Below, one piece after another: positions 1 to 9,700 of a DNA stretch of 64,000 bases; the first letter of the stretch is position 1; the number at the start of each line of letters is the position of its first letter. The translations under genes were made by a program, and so were the position numbers. This DNA comes from Bacteroidales bacterium (lineage in GTDB: Bacteria > Bacteroidota > Bacteroidia > Bacteroidales > VadinHA17), in NCBI GenBank assembly GCA_041303415.1, contig JBFYPG010000021.1, forward strand, positions 6,532 through 70,531. Reading direction: 5' to 3'. The notes under the pieces are model-generated. The model did no database searches. It was not told where the DNA came from and worked only from the letters and a program-made list of their open reading frames with translations.

Positions 1-1
1 C

Positions 2-1768
2 AAGGATTTTACCATACTCTCCGATTCACTGTATAATATTTCCGAGGACAGGGTAGGACTGAAGATGAAGCTTGATGAAGGCAATCAGTACTTCCTCAGG
101 GGAGTGAACTGGGTTGGTAACAGCGTATACAGGAAAGAAGATCTTGACAGGGTTTTCAATGTTGAAAGGGGCTCTGTTTATAACCAGTCACTTATTCTTG
201 ACAGGCTCACCGGTTCCGCAGGGGCTGAAGATGCCGTGAATAATCTTTATCTCGATTACGGATACCTCTTCTCGCAGGTCGTGCCGGTTGAAGCAAACGT
301 TGAAGGCGATTCGGTCGATCTTGAGATAAGAATTTATGAAGGAGACCAGGCATATGTCAACGACATAATGATAACCGGGAATACCCGTACCAATGAACAT
401 GTTGCCAGGCGCGAGCTCTATACACTGCCAGGCGATCTTTTCAGCAAGGAGAAGATCATAAGGTCAATACGCCAGCTTGGGGTTCTCGGGCATTTCGACC
501 CGGAAAAGATCAATCCAACCCCCCTGCCTGACCCGGTGAACGGAACCGTTGATCTCCTCTACAAACTTGAAGAAAAAGCAAACGACCAGTTTGAGATATC
601 CGGGGGATGGGGAGCCGGAATGCTGGTCGGGACAGTCGGGGTGCGCTTTAATAATTTTGCAATGAGGAATTTCTTCAAGCCTGGTGAATGGAGGCCTTAT
701 CCTTCAGGTGACGGTCAATCGCTGAGCATAAGGGCACAATCCAACGGCAGGGTGTATCAGTCATATAACCTTTCGTTCATGGAACCTTGGCTTGGCGGCA
801 AAAAACCGAACTCATTCTCTGTTTCAGTCTACCGGTCAAAGCTTACTAACAATACAAAGAGAGGAGAAGACGGGTACCAGTCGATGATAATTGACGGGGC
901 GGCAATAGGTCTTGGAAAACGGCTCGAGTGGCCTGATGATTTCTTTTCACTCTTCGGCGAAACCTCTTACCAGCGGTATGACATGAACAATTATACAGTG
1001 ATGCAGTTCCTGTTCCAGAATGGGGTGGCAAACCTGTTCAGCCTGACAGGAAGGCTGCAGAGGTTCTCAACCAGTCCCAACCTGATTTACCCGAGGAGCG
1101 GGTCATCTTTTACACTCTCCCTTCAGGCAACTCCTCCTTATTCGCTTATAAGCGGCAGGGATATGTCGGGTCTCACCGATCAGGAAAAATATAAGTGGAT
1201 TGAGTTCCACAAATGGATATTCAAGGCTGATTACTATTTCCCGATGACCAGGGATGACAAGCTGGTTCTCAACACCAGGTTCTCATTCGGATATCTCGGG
1301 CACTACAATAAGGATATCGGACCTTCACCCTTTGAGAACTTCTCGGTGGGAGGCGACGGTATGACAGGATATTCTTTCTACGGCCGTGAGATAATATCGC
1401 TTAGGGGCTATTCTTCAGGCAGCGGAGGCGTGGGATCATTAACGCCACTGGATCCTGAAACAAGAGCGCCGGCAGGCAACTTATATTCAAAGATAACTGC
1501 CGAGATCAGGTACCCGATATCCCTTAATCCGCAGGCTACCATTTATGCTCTTGCATTTCTTGAAGCAGGACGGGCATGGACAAAGCTCAGTGAATACAAT
1601 CCGTTCAGGATGAACCGTGCGGCAGGGTTTGGGCTCAGGGCCAATCTGCCTATGTTCGGACTTCTGGGTATAGACTGGGGTTATGGATTCGATGAAGTTC
1701 CCGATCCGCAGAGCTTCCCAAATGCGAATAAATCACAATTCCACTTCGTTATAGGACAACAATTCTAA
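2..1768 (+). CDS. bamA: Outer membrane protein assembly factor BamA, C-terminal ~590 aa (the 5' end lies upstream of the window)
   Basis: The frame is open from nt 2, with no stop before the listed Met at 65. A POTRA-like segment is followed by a long beta-barrel region ending in an aromatic residue (...FVIGQQF). Two OmpH/Skp genes and murI follow, the usual Bacteroidota bamA neighbourhood. Confidence 0.85.
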   Translation, partial: KDFTILSDSLYNISEDRVGLKMKLDEGNQYFLRGVNWVGNSVYRKEDLDRVFNVERGSVYNQSLILDRLTGSAGAEDAVNNLYLDYGYLFSQVVPVEANVEGDSVDLEIRIYEGDQAYVNDIMITGNTRTNEHVARRELYTLPGDLFSKEKIIRSIRQLGVLGHFDPEKINPTPLPDPVNGTVDLLYKLEEKANDQFEISGGWGAGMLVGTVGVRFNNFAMRNFFKPGEWRPYPSGDGQSLSIRAQSNGRVYQSYNLSFMEPWLGGKKPNSFSVSVYRSKLTNNTKRGEDGYQSMIIDGAAIGLGKRLEWPDDFFSLFGETSYQRYDMNNYTVMQFLFQNGVANLFSLTGRLQRFSTSPNLIYPRSGSSFTLSLQATPPYSLISGRDMSGLTDQEKYKWIEFHKWIFKADYYFPMTRDDKLVLNTRFSFGYLGHYNKDIGPSPFENFSVGGDGMTGYSFYGREIISLRGYSSGSGGVGSLTPLDPETRAPAGNLYSKITAEIRYPISLNPQATIYALAFLEAGRAWTKLSEYNPFRMNRAAGFGLRANLPMFGLLGIDWGYGFDEVPDPQSFPNANKSQFHFVIGQQF

Positions 1769-1790
1769 AATTCGTGTAAAATTGAAAATT

Positions 1791-2306
1791 ATGAAAAAAA
1801 TAGGCGTTTTAACAGTAATAATGGTTCTGACTTCAGCCATGGCTGTAGCTCAGAAATATGCGTTTGTTGATTCTGAGTATATCAGGAAAAACATACCGGC
1901 CTTTACAACAGCACAGGAGCAGCTTGATAAACTCTCGGAACAGTGGGAGAAAGAAGTCGCTGACGGTTATGCGGTTGTTGAACAGATGTACAAATCGTAC
2001 CAGAATGAAGCCGTGCTTCTTTCACAGGAAATGAAAACCAAAAGGGAGGAAGCCATCATCGCCAAAGAACAGGAGATGAAGGAGCTTCAGAACAAGTACT
2101 TCGGAATGGAAGGCGAGCTTTTCAAGAAAAGGGAAGAACTTGTGAAACCCATTCAGGATGAAATTCTTAAAGCGATCAAGGACATTGCTGTTGAAGGAAG
2201 CTATGCCGTTATTTTCGATACTGCTTCCGGAGGGAATATTCTTTTTGCCAACCCCAAGTACGACATTAGCGATCAGGTACTTGAAAAATTAGGTTATAAC
2301 AATTAA
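1791..2306 (+). CDS. OmpH/Skp-family periplasmic chaperone (copy 1)
   Basis: Signal peptide MKKIGVLTVIMVLTSAMAVAQ; ~170 aa; K/E/Q-rich coiled-coil body; directly downstream of bamA. ATG at 1791 preferred over TTG at 1782. Confidence 0.8.
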   Translation: MKKIGVLTVIMVLTSAMAVAQKYAFVDSEYIRKNIPAFTTAQEQLDKLSEQWEKEVADGYAVVEQMYKSYQNEAVLLSQEMKTKREEAIIAKEQEMKELQNKYFGMEGELFKKREELVKPIQDEILKAIKDIAVEGSYAVIFDTASGGNILFANPKYDISDQVLEKLGYNN

Positions 2307-2343
2307 TTAATTACTTTTGCAAATAATTTATAAAACTATCGTA

Positions 2344-2850
2344 ATGAAAAGATTCATAGGAATTGCAGCTCTCCTGATATTTGTTGCAACTGCCGGTTAT
2401 TCACAAAACCTGAAATTCGGGCATATTAACAGCGACGAGCTTATCCAGGCACTGCCTGAATTTGATTCAGCAAATGTAAAGCTTGAAAGTCTGCAGAAGG
2501 AGCTTGTAAATGCACTCGAACTTATGCAGGTGGAGCTAAATAATAAAAGTGATGCATATAATAAGGAAAGCAAAACCCTTACTGACATTGTTAGGCAGAC
2601 CAAGGAACAGGAACTTATCGATCTCAACAGAAGGATCCAGGACTTTCAGACCAGTGCCCAGGAACAGCTTCAGAATAAGCAGGTTGAACTATTTCAGCCG
2701 ATCTATGTGAAGGTTGACAAGGCAATAAAGGACGTTGGCAAGGAGAACGGATTTACATACATTTATAATGTAGCAACACTGCTCTATGTTGATGAAGCCA
2801 AAAGCACCAATATTATGACGCTGGTCAAGGCAAAACTAGGGATCAAATAA
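2344..2850 (+). CDS. OmpH/Skp-family periplasmic chaperone (copy 2)
   Basis: Signal peptide MKRFIGIAALLIFVATAGYSQ; same size and composition as copy 1; block FGHINSDELIQALPE. ATG at 2344 preferred over TTG at 2317. Confidence 0.8.
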   Translation: MKRFIGIAALLIFVATAGYSQNLKFGHINSDELIQALPEFDSANVKLESLQKELVNALELMQVELNNKSDAYNKESKTLTDIVRQTKEQELIDLNRRIQDFQTSAQEQLQNKQVELFQPIYVKVDKAIKDVGKENGFTYIYNVATLLYVDEAKSTNIMTLVKAKLGIK

Positions 2851-2869
2851 GACTAAATATTTTTATCAG

Positions 2870-2900
2870 TGACCATCCTTTCCGGGATGGTCATTTTTTT
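2870..2900 (+). terminator. Rho-independent terminator after the bamA-skp-skp unit
   Basis: A 9-bp stem TGACCATCC / GGATGGTCA with loop TTTCCG, followed immediately by T7 (2894-2900). Confidence 0.65.
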
Positions 2901-2910
2901 ATAAGATATC

Positions 2911-3711
2911 GTGAAAAAACAACCTATCGGGATTTTTGACTCAGGCGTTGGCGGACTGACAGTCGCACATGCGATAAAACAAATCCTGCCGGGGGAAAGT
3001 CTGGTTTATTTCGGCGATACCGCCCATCTTCCCTACGGCGACAAATCAGCTGATTCAATTAAATATTATTCCCGGAGGATCACCGAATTCCTTCTTGAGA
3101 ATAATGCAAAGGTGGTGCTCGTGGCCTGCAACTCTGCTTCTTCTTCAGCATTCGACACCCTGAAAAAGGAGTTTAAGGGCAAAACCATACTTTTTGACGT
3201 TATCGATCCGGTTGTGGACTACATAAGTACCCGCGATTTCAGGAAAATTGGCGTTATAGGCACAAAGCGCACAATCAGCTCGGGAACATATGAGGCAAAG
3301 ATCAGGCAGAAGTCGCCGTCAACCACGGTAGTTTCAATGGCAACTCCGCTGCTGGTACCGATGATCGAGGAAGGCTTTATCTTTGACGATATAAGCAACG
3401 CCATCATCCGTGCATACCTTTCCGACCAGTCCCTGTCCGGTATCCAGGCTCTGATACTTGGATGCACTCATTATCCGATAATAAAGAACCAGATCAGCAA
3501 GATATTCAACTTCAATGTTGAGGTTGTTGATTCGGCCAGGCTCGTGGCATCGATACTCAGGGATGCTCTGGAAAAAAATGGACTTCTGAATGATTCGGGG
3601 AAGGTAAGGGACCAGTTTTATGTGTCAGACTATACCCCTTATTTTGAGAAGATCGCGAGAATGTTTTTCGAGGGAGATATAAACCTTAAGAAGGTTGAAA
3701 TCTGGAACTGA
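2911..3711 (+). CDS. murI: Glutamate racemase
   Basis: GTG start. Motifs IGIFDSGVGGLTV, LVACNSAS and LILGCTHYP, which carry the two catalytic Cys contexts of Asp/Glu racemases. 266 aa. Confidence 0.9.
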   Translation: MKKQPIGIFDSGVGGLTVAHAIKQILPGESLVYFGDTAHLPYGDKSADSIKYYSRRITEFLLENNAKVVLVACNSASSSAFDTLKKEFKGKTILFDVIDPVVDYISTRDFRKIGVIGTKRTISSGTYEAKIRQKSPSTTVVSMATPLLVPMIEEGFIFDDISNAIIRAYLSDQSLSGIQALILGCTHYPIIKNQISKIFNFNVEVVDSARLVASILRDALEKNGLLNDSGKVRDQFYVSDYTPYFEKIARMFFEGDINLKKVEIWN

Positions 3712-3725
3712 GCTTCTGTCAAAAC

Positions 3726-3763
3726 ATGACCAAAGTCATACACAATATTCAGGAATATTGTGT
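3726..3763. promoter_or_regulatory. Two abutting perfect palindromes between murI and korA (operator candidates or stem-loops)
   Basis: ATGAC-caaa-GTCAT (3726-3739) is followed directly by ACACAATATT-cagg-AATATTGTGT (3740-3763). No T-run follows, so this is not a classical terminator. Confidence 0.3.
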
Positions 3764-3853
3764 TGCTTCGAACTTAATTTTCAGGTACCTTTATATTCCA
3801 TAAATAATTGATTAAGTGTAATAAAGCCTCCCATCTAATACTGGAAACTTATC

Positions 3854-5698
3854 ATGGCTAAAAATTCAGAGGTTATTAAGAGAGAAGAGGTGGTGATCCG
3901 TTTTTCAGGTGACTCCGGCGACGGCATGCAGCTGACCGGGACTCTTTTTTCAGATACGGCAGCCCTATACGGCAACGACCTGTCTACCTTTCCCGATTAT
4001 CCGGCGGAGATCCGTGCACCCCAGGGAACAGTCGGAGGTGTCTCCGGCTTTCAGGTCCATCTCGGGCATTCAGAGATAAATACCCCGGGGGATTATGCTG
4101 ATGTCCTCGTAGCAATGAACCCTGCTGCCATCAAGGCAAATGCCATGTGGGTCAGGCCAGGCGGCACTATCATTTTTGATAAGGACAACTTCACTGACAA
4201 GAATATCGAAAAGGCCGGATATCTCAATGACCCCGTAAAGGAAGAAAAGATAGAAAACTACAATATCATTGCAGCTCCGATCTCATCAATGGTAAAAGAA
4301 GCCCTGAAGGATTTCGGCCTTGATCCCAAATCGGTGCTGAGGACAAAAAATATGTTTGCCCTCGGAATGGTGTACTGGCTTTTTGACAGGAAACTTAAAT
4401 ATACCGAGCAGTATTTTGAAAAGAAATTCAGCAAGAAGCCTGAAATGGCTGAAGCAAACAAGGTTGCTCTCCGGGCCGGGTACTATTATGCCGAGACCAT
4501 TGAAGCTTTGAATCCTGTTATTAAAATTGAACCGGCGGAGATTGCCCATGGCACTTACAGAAATATAAGCGGAAATGCGGCTACAGCGTGGGGTTTTATC
4601 GCTGCTGCAGAAAAAGCCGGATTAAAGCTTTTCGTGGGTTCCTATCCCATAACCCCGGCAACCGGCATACTTGAAGAACTTGCTGCCCGTAAAGACCTTG
4701 GGGTCAAGTCATTCCAGGCCGAGGATGAAATTGCAGGCATATGCACTGCCCTTGGAGCAAGCTTTGCCGGCAACCTGGCTGTGACATCAACATCAGGCCC
4801 GGGGCTGGCCCTTAAATCAGAAGCTATCGGACTTGCCGTGATGGCTGAACTTCCGGTAGTCATTGTAAATGTACAGCGCGGAGGACCTTCGACTGGTTTG
4901 CCGACCAAGACCGAACAGGCCGACCTGATGCAAGCTCTCTTCGGACGCAACGGCGAATGCCCGGTTGTGGTCATTGCAGCCAGCACACCCTCCGACTGTT
5001 TCAGGTATGCTTATGAAGCGGCAAAAATTGCACTGGAACATATGACCCCGGTTCTTCTGCTGACTGACGGTTACCTGGCCAACGGTTCCGAACCCTGGAA
5101 AATTCCCTCAGTTTCAGAGCTGCCCGGTATCAGGCCTCCCTTCGCCGACAGTAAGGATGTCCCATTTCTTCCTTACAAGCGTGACTGCGAAACACTTGTA
5201 AGGTCGTGGGCAATCCCGGGTACGCCGGGTCTTGAGCACAGGATAGGAGGGCTCGAAAAAACGTTAAAGGGAACAGTATCCTATATACCCGAGAACCATG
5301 AGATGATGGTAAAATTCAGAGCCGACAAGGTGGCAAAAGTTGCCGGTTCAATCCCCGATCTTGACGTTTATGGCGAAGATTCGGGCGACCTTCTGGTGCT
5401 GGGATGGGGAGGAACAAAAGGTTATCTGTTGACTGCCGTAAGGGAACTGCAGTCAGAAGGATATAAGGCCAGCCTCGCTCATTTCAACTATATTAATCCA
5501 CTGCCGGTAAATATGTGTGATGTCTTCAGAAAATTTAAAAAGATCGTCATTGCGGAACTCAACATGGGGCAGTTTGCTGATTATCTGAGGATGAAGTGCC
5601 AGGAATTCAGGTATGAACAGATCAATAAAGTACAGGGAATTCCATTCACCATAAAGGAGCTTAAGGATAAATGCATTAAAATTCTGGAGGAAAAATAA
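3854..5698 (+). CDS. korA: 2-oxoglutarate/2-oxoacid:ferredoxin oxidoreductase, alpha subunit (fused gamma-alpha type)
   Basis: 614 aa. The N-terminal gamma-like part (FSGDSGDGMQLTG) is followed by an alpha part with GSYPITPAT and VQRGGPSTGLPTK. The beta subunit starts 1 nt after the stop. Confidence 0.85.
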   Translation: MAKNSEVIKREEVVIRFSGDSGDGMQLTGTLFSDTAALYGNDLSTFPDYPAEIRAPQGTVGGVSGFQVHLGHSEINTPGDYADVLVAMNPAAIKANAMWVRPGGTIIFDKDNFTDKNIEKAGYLNDPVKEEKIENYNIIAAPISSMVKEALKDFGLDPKSVLRTKNMFALGMVYWLFDRKLKYTEQYFEKKFSKKPEMAEANKVALRAGYYYAETIEALNPVIKIEPAEIAHGTYRNISGNAATAWGFIAAAEKAGLKLFVGSYPITPATGILEELAARKDLGVKSFQAEDEIAGICTALGASFAGNLAVTSTSGPGLALKSEAIGLAVMAELPVVIVNVQRGGPSTGLPTKTEQADLMQALFGRNGECPVVVIAASTPSDCFRYAYEAAKIALEHMTPVLLLTDGYLANGSEPWKIPSVSELPGIRPPFADSKDVPFLPYKRDCETLVRSWAIPGTPGLEHRIGGLEKTLKGTVSYIPENHEMMVKFRADKVAKVAGSIPDLDVYGEDSGDLLVLGWGGTKGYLLTAVRELQSEGYKASLAHFNYINPLPVNMCDVFRKFKKIVIAELNMGQFADYLRMKCQEFRYEQINKVQGIPFTIKELKDKCIKILEEK

Positions 5699-5699
5699 T

Positions 5700-6722
5700 A
5701 TGGCTGAGCTGAAAACATACAATTATACTCCCAGGGATTTTAAATCGGATCAGGAGGTAAGATGGTGCCCCGGCTGCGGCGACCACGCTGTTCTGAATGC
5801 CGTTCAGAAAGCTTTAACAGAACTGGGAATACCCAAGGAAAAATTTGTTTTTGTTTCCGGAATAGGATGTTCATCAAGGTTTCCGTATTATATGGATACC
5901 TATGGATTTCATGGTATACACGGCCGTGCATCAGCAATAGCAACCGGAGTTAAAACAGCAAACCCTGAACTTTCAGTATGGCAGATCACAGGTGACGGCG
6001 ATGCGCTTGCGATAGGCGGAAACCACTTCATTCACGTAGTGCGTCGGAATGTGGATATAAATATAATCCTGTTCAACAACGAGATATACGGCCTTACAAA
6101 AGGACAATATTCACCAACCTCCGAGAAAGGCCTGGTGACAAAAACCTCACCCTTCGGAACAGTGGAAGAGCCCTTCTCGGTGGGAGAACTGGTAATCGGT
6201 GCAAAAGGCAAGTTCTTTGCCCGCACACTCGATTCAAATGTTGCGCTTTCAACACAGATCTACATTGAAGCTGCAAAACACAAGGGAGCTTCGGTAGTTG
6301 AAGTCCTTCAGAACTGCGTGATCTTCAACGACGGCATCCATGATGTTGTTGCCGGCAGGGAAGTAAGAGAAGACCGTACAATAGTGCTGAAGCATGGCGA
6401 ACCGATGATCTTCGGTAAAAACAATGATAAGGGACTTGTGCTTGACGGACTGAAGCTTAAGGTGGTCAGGCTGGGAGAGAACGGCATTACTCAGAAGAAC
6501 CTTATCGTTCATGATGCCATGGAGCCGAACCCCGGCATTCAGTACATGCTGGCCAATATGAGATACCCTGAGTACCCGATGGCGCTTGGAGTCATCAGGT
6601 CGGTGCCGGGACACACTTATGAAAATGACCTTGTGGAGCAGATCAATCATATTCAGAAGGATGCAAAGATCAAATCTGTAACCGATCTGCTTGCAAGCGG
6701 CTCCACCTGGAAAGTGGAGTAG
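5700..6722 (+). CDS. korB: 2-oxoglutarate/2-oxoacid:ferredoxin oxidoreductase, beta subunit (TPP binding)
   Basis: Motifs WCPGCGDH, SGIGCSSRF and GDGD..AIGGNH (TPP motif). 340 aa, tightly coupled to korA. Confidence 0.9.
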   Translation: MAELKTYNYTPRDFKSDQEVRWCPGCGDHAVLNAVQKALTELGIPKEKFVFVSGIGCSSRFPYYMDTYGFHGIHGRASAIATGVKTANPELSVWQITGDGDALAIGGNHFIHVVRRNVDINIILFNNEIYGLTKGQYSPTSEKGLVTKTSPFGTVEEPFSVGELVIGAKGKFFARTLDSNVALSTQIYIEAAKHKGASVVEVLQNCVIFNDGIHDVVAGREVREDRTIVLKHGEPMIFGKNNDKGLVLDGLKLKVVRLGENGITQKNLIVHDAMEPNPGIQYMLANMRYPEYPMALGVIRSVPGHTYENDLVEQINHIQKDAKIKSVTDLLASGSTWKVE

Positions 6723-6780
6723 GAGGCGTTCCCATTTATTTTACTATTTTTATCTTCTTATATTCTCACATATTGGTGTG

Positions 6781-9700
6781 ATGGATGGGAATAACCATAT
6801 AACCCCTGAATACAGAAAATTGCTGCACGACCAGCAGGAGAGACTGAAAGAACTGGGGTGCATAAACCAGACAACTTATATACTCAAGGAGGGGAAGCCA
6901 ATTGAAGAAACCCTTCAGCAGATCGTACTTCTTCTTCCGGCTGCCTGGCAATACCCTGACTATACCTCAGCCAGAATAAAATTCCGCGACAAAAACTTTG
7001 AAACACCTGATTTTCAGGAGACTGCATGGAAGATGGCTCAGGAATTCATGACCATAGACGACGAGAAAGGAGCAATCGAGGTCTTCTATACCAGGGAATT
7101 TACAGTGGAAAATGAAGGACCGTTCCTGAAGGAGGAAAGAGACCTGATCCGGAATATTGCAAGCCTTGTAACCGGGTATATAAACAGCTATAAGGCACGC
7201 GATTTCATCAGGATGACAAAGGCGCCCCGGGAAGAGGAGGACATCTCAAATGTTTCGAGCAGGAAGCTGCTTCAGAAATTCCTCGAACGTCACAATGCTG
7301 AAAGAGATGTATTTCACGACCTTCAGCCTTTTAAAGTCAAGGAGATACTGCTGGTGGCAAACCTGTACGATGCTTATTCAATTGAGGGAGAAGGCAGGTT
7401 TGCAGACCACATTCTTGGAGAATATTACCAGCTCAGTCTGACATCACTGCCCAGGGTAACAGGGGTTTCGAGCGAGGAGGAAGCATTCAATAAGCTGAGA
7501 TCCAGGCATTATGACATGATAATCATAATGATCGGCATCCATAAGGAGAGCCCAATGCTGCTTTGCAAGAAGATCAAGGACAAGTACCCGTACATGCCAA
7601 CATTCCTGCTTCTGAATAATCCGGAGGATGTCCCATATGTAAGGAAGCAGAAGGCAGGCGGCATCCCCTTTGATAATTATTTCGTGTGGACGGGCGAATC
7701 GAAGGTTTTCTTCGCAATGGTGAAGCTCCTTGAGGATATGGTCAACGTCGAAAATGACACGCGGAAAGGACTTATAAGGGTGATACTTATCGTTGAGGAT
7801 TCAGCCGAATATTACTCCAGCTACCTCCCGATGCTATACACCCTTGTGCTTGAACAGACCAGGAACCTCATAGAGGATGTCTCGACCGATGAGCTTTATA
7901 AAGTGCTGAGACTAAGGGCAAGGCCAAAGATTCTTCTCGCATCCACCTGGGAAGATGCCATCACGATATACAATAACTACAAGGAGAGCCTGCTGTGCAT
8001 CATTTCCGATATGCGGTTTCCAAGGAATGGCGTCATGCATGACACTGCCGGTTTTGAACTTATTCAGCAGGTAAAGGCGGAACTGCCCAACCTCCCCACA
8101 GTTCTTCAATCGGCAGATGCTGAGAATGCACGATATGCCTATACCCTGAAATCGAATTTCATAAACAAGAATTCTGAGAGCCTCCTCCAGGACCTTAAGT
8201 CATTTATCAACTATTACCTCGGTTTCGGGCATTTTGTATACAGGGATGACAAGGGGCGGCAGATAGCCGTGGCTAAATCAATGAAGGAGTTTGAATCATA
8301 CCTTGAGACCGTTCCGGAAGATTCACTGGCCTATCATGCAATGAAAAACCATTTCTCTTTGTGGCTGATGGCAAGAGGGGAGGTAAAAATAGCCAAGCTT
8401 ATCAATCCAATAAAAGTCACCGATTTTCAAAGTCTTACAGAGCTGAGGAAGTTTCTTCTCGACATAATCCGTAGACGGAGGCGGGAGATGAACAAGGGTC
8501 GCGTTGTAAATTTTGAGGAATCCGTTACGATTGATGAAACAAATGTTGTAAGCCTTTCGGGCGGGTCGCTGGGTGGAAAAGGCAGAGGACTGGCTTTTAT
8601 AAATACCCTTATTTACAGTTTTGAGCTTGGCAGGCTTCTTCCGGGGATCAGGATCAAGGCGCCTGTTACGGCAATCATCGGGACGGATGAGTTCGACATG
8701 TTCATGGAACGAAACCATCTGTGGGATACCATCAAGGAGGAGAGAGCTTACACACTCCTGCAGAAGCTTTTCCTGACGGCTAATCTCAGCTATACTCTCG
8801 AGAAAAAACTGAGGATGTTCCTCAGGCAGACAGAAAAACCTCTTGCCGTAAGATCATCCAGCCTTTTTGAAGATTCAATGAATCAGCCATTTGCAGGAAT
8901 ATTCAGGACATACCTTCTGCCAAATAATCACGCTGATTTTGATGTCAGGCTCCGGCAGCTCTCAGATGCAATCAAGCTGGTTTTCTGTTCTATCTATTCA
9001 AAAAATGCACGCACATATTTTGAGGCCATTAACTATAAGATAGAACAGGAAAAGATGGCAGTGGTACTTCAGGAGGTTGTCGGAAACCGTTTCGAAGATG
9101 CATTTTATCCTCATATCAGCGGAACAGCCCAGTCATACAATTTTTACCCTGTTGCTCATATGAGACCGGAGGAAGGATTTGCCGTGATGGCTGTCGGGCT
9201 CGGGCACTATGTTGTTGAAGGGGAAAAGGCTTTCAGATTCTCTCCGGCTTACCCGGCAACTGATATTCTTTCACATCACGACCAGTCCGAAAACTCACAG
9301 GTGCATTTCTATGCAGTAGATATGGCGAAGAAAGACCTTAACCTGCTTGAAGGCGAAAATGCCGGACTTGTTTCCCTTGATATCGGCAAGGCGGAACAAC
9401 ATGGCACGCTTAGTCATTCAGCCTCAGTGTATAACGTTGATAATGACACTCTTGTCGCCGGCCTTGATATTCCCGGGCCCCGTGTGGTCAATTTTGCGGA
9501 TATTTTAAAATACAACTATGCCCCTTTGGCATCTACGATAAGGACCATTCTTGATGTGGTCACGGAAGCCACTGGAAATCCTTCCGAGATTGAATTCGCT
9601 ATGGACCTGACAAGGGACAAGGACGGGCATACCTCATTTTATCTCCTTCAGATTAAACCGCTTATCGGCACAATAGCCGGATATGACATCGAACCCGGGA

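Noticed and set aside
6691-6780. The N-terminal 30-codon extension of the first PPDK_N-type protein (MQAAPPGKWSRRRSHLFYYF...).
   Set aside because: It overlaps the last 32 nt of korB and reads through an AT-rich spacer with an implausible peptide. The ATG at 6781 begins the conserved-looking sensor module.
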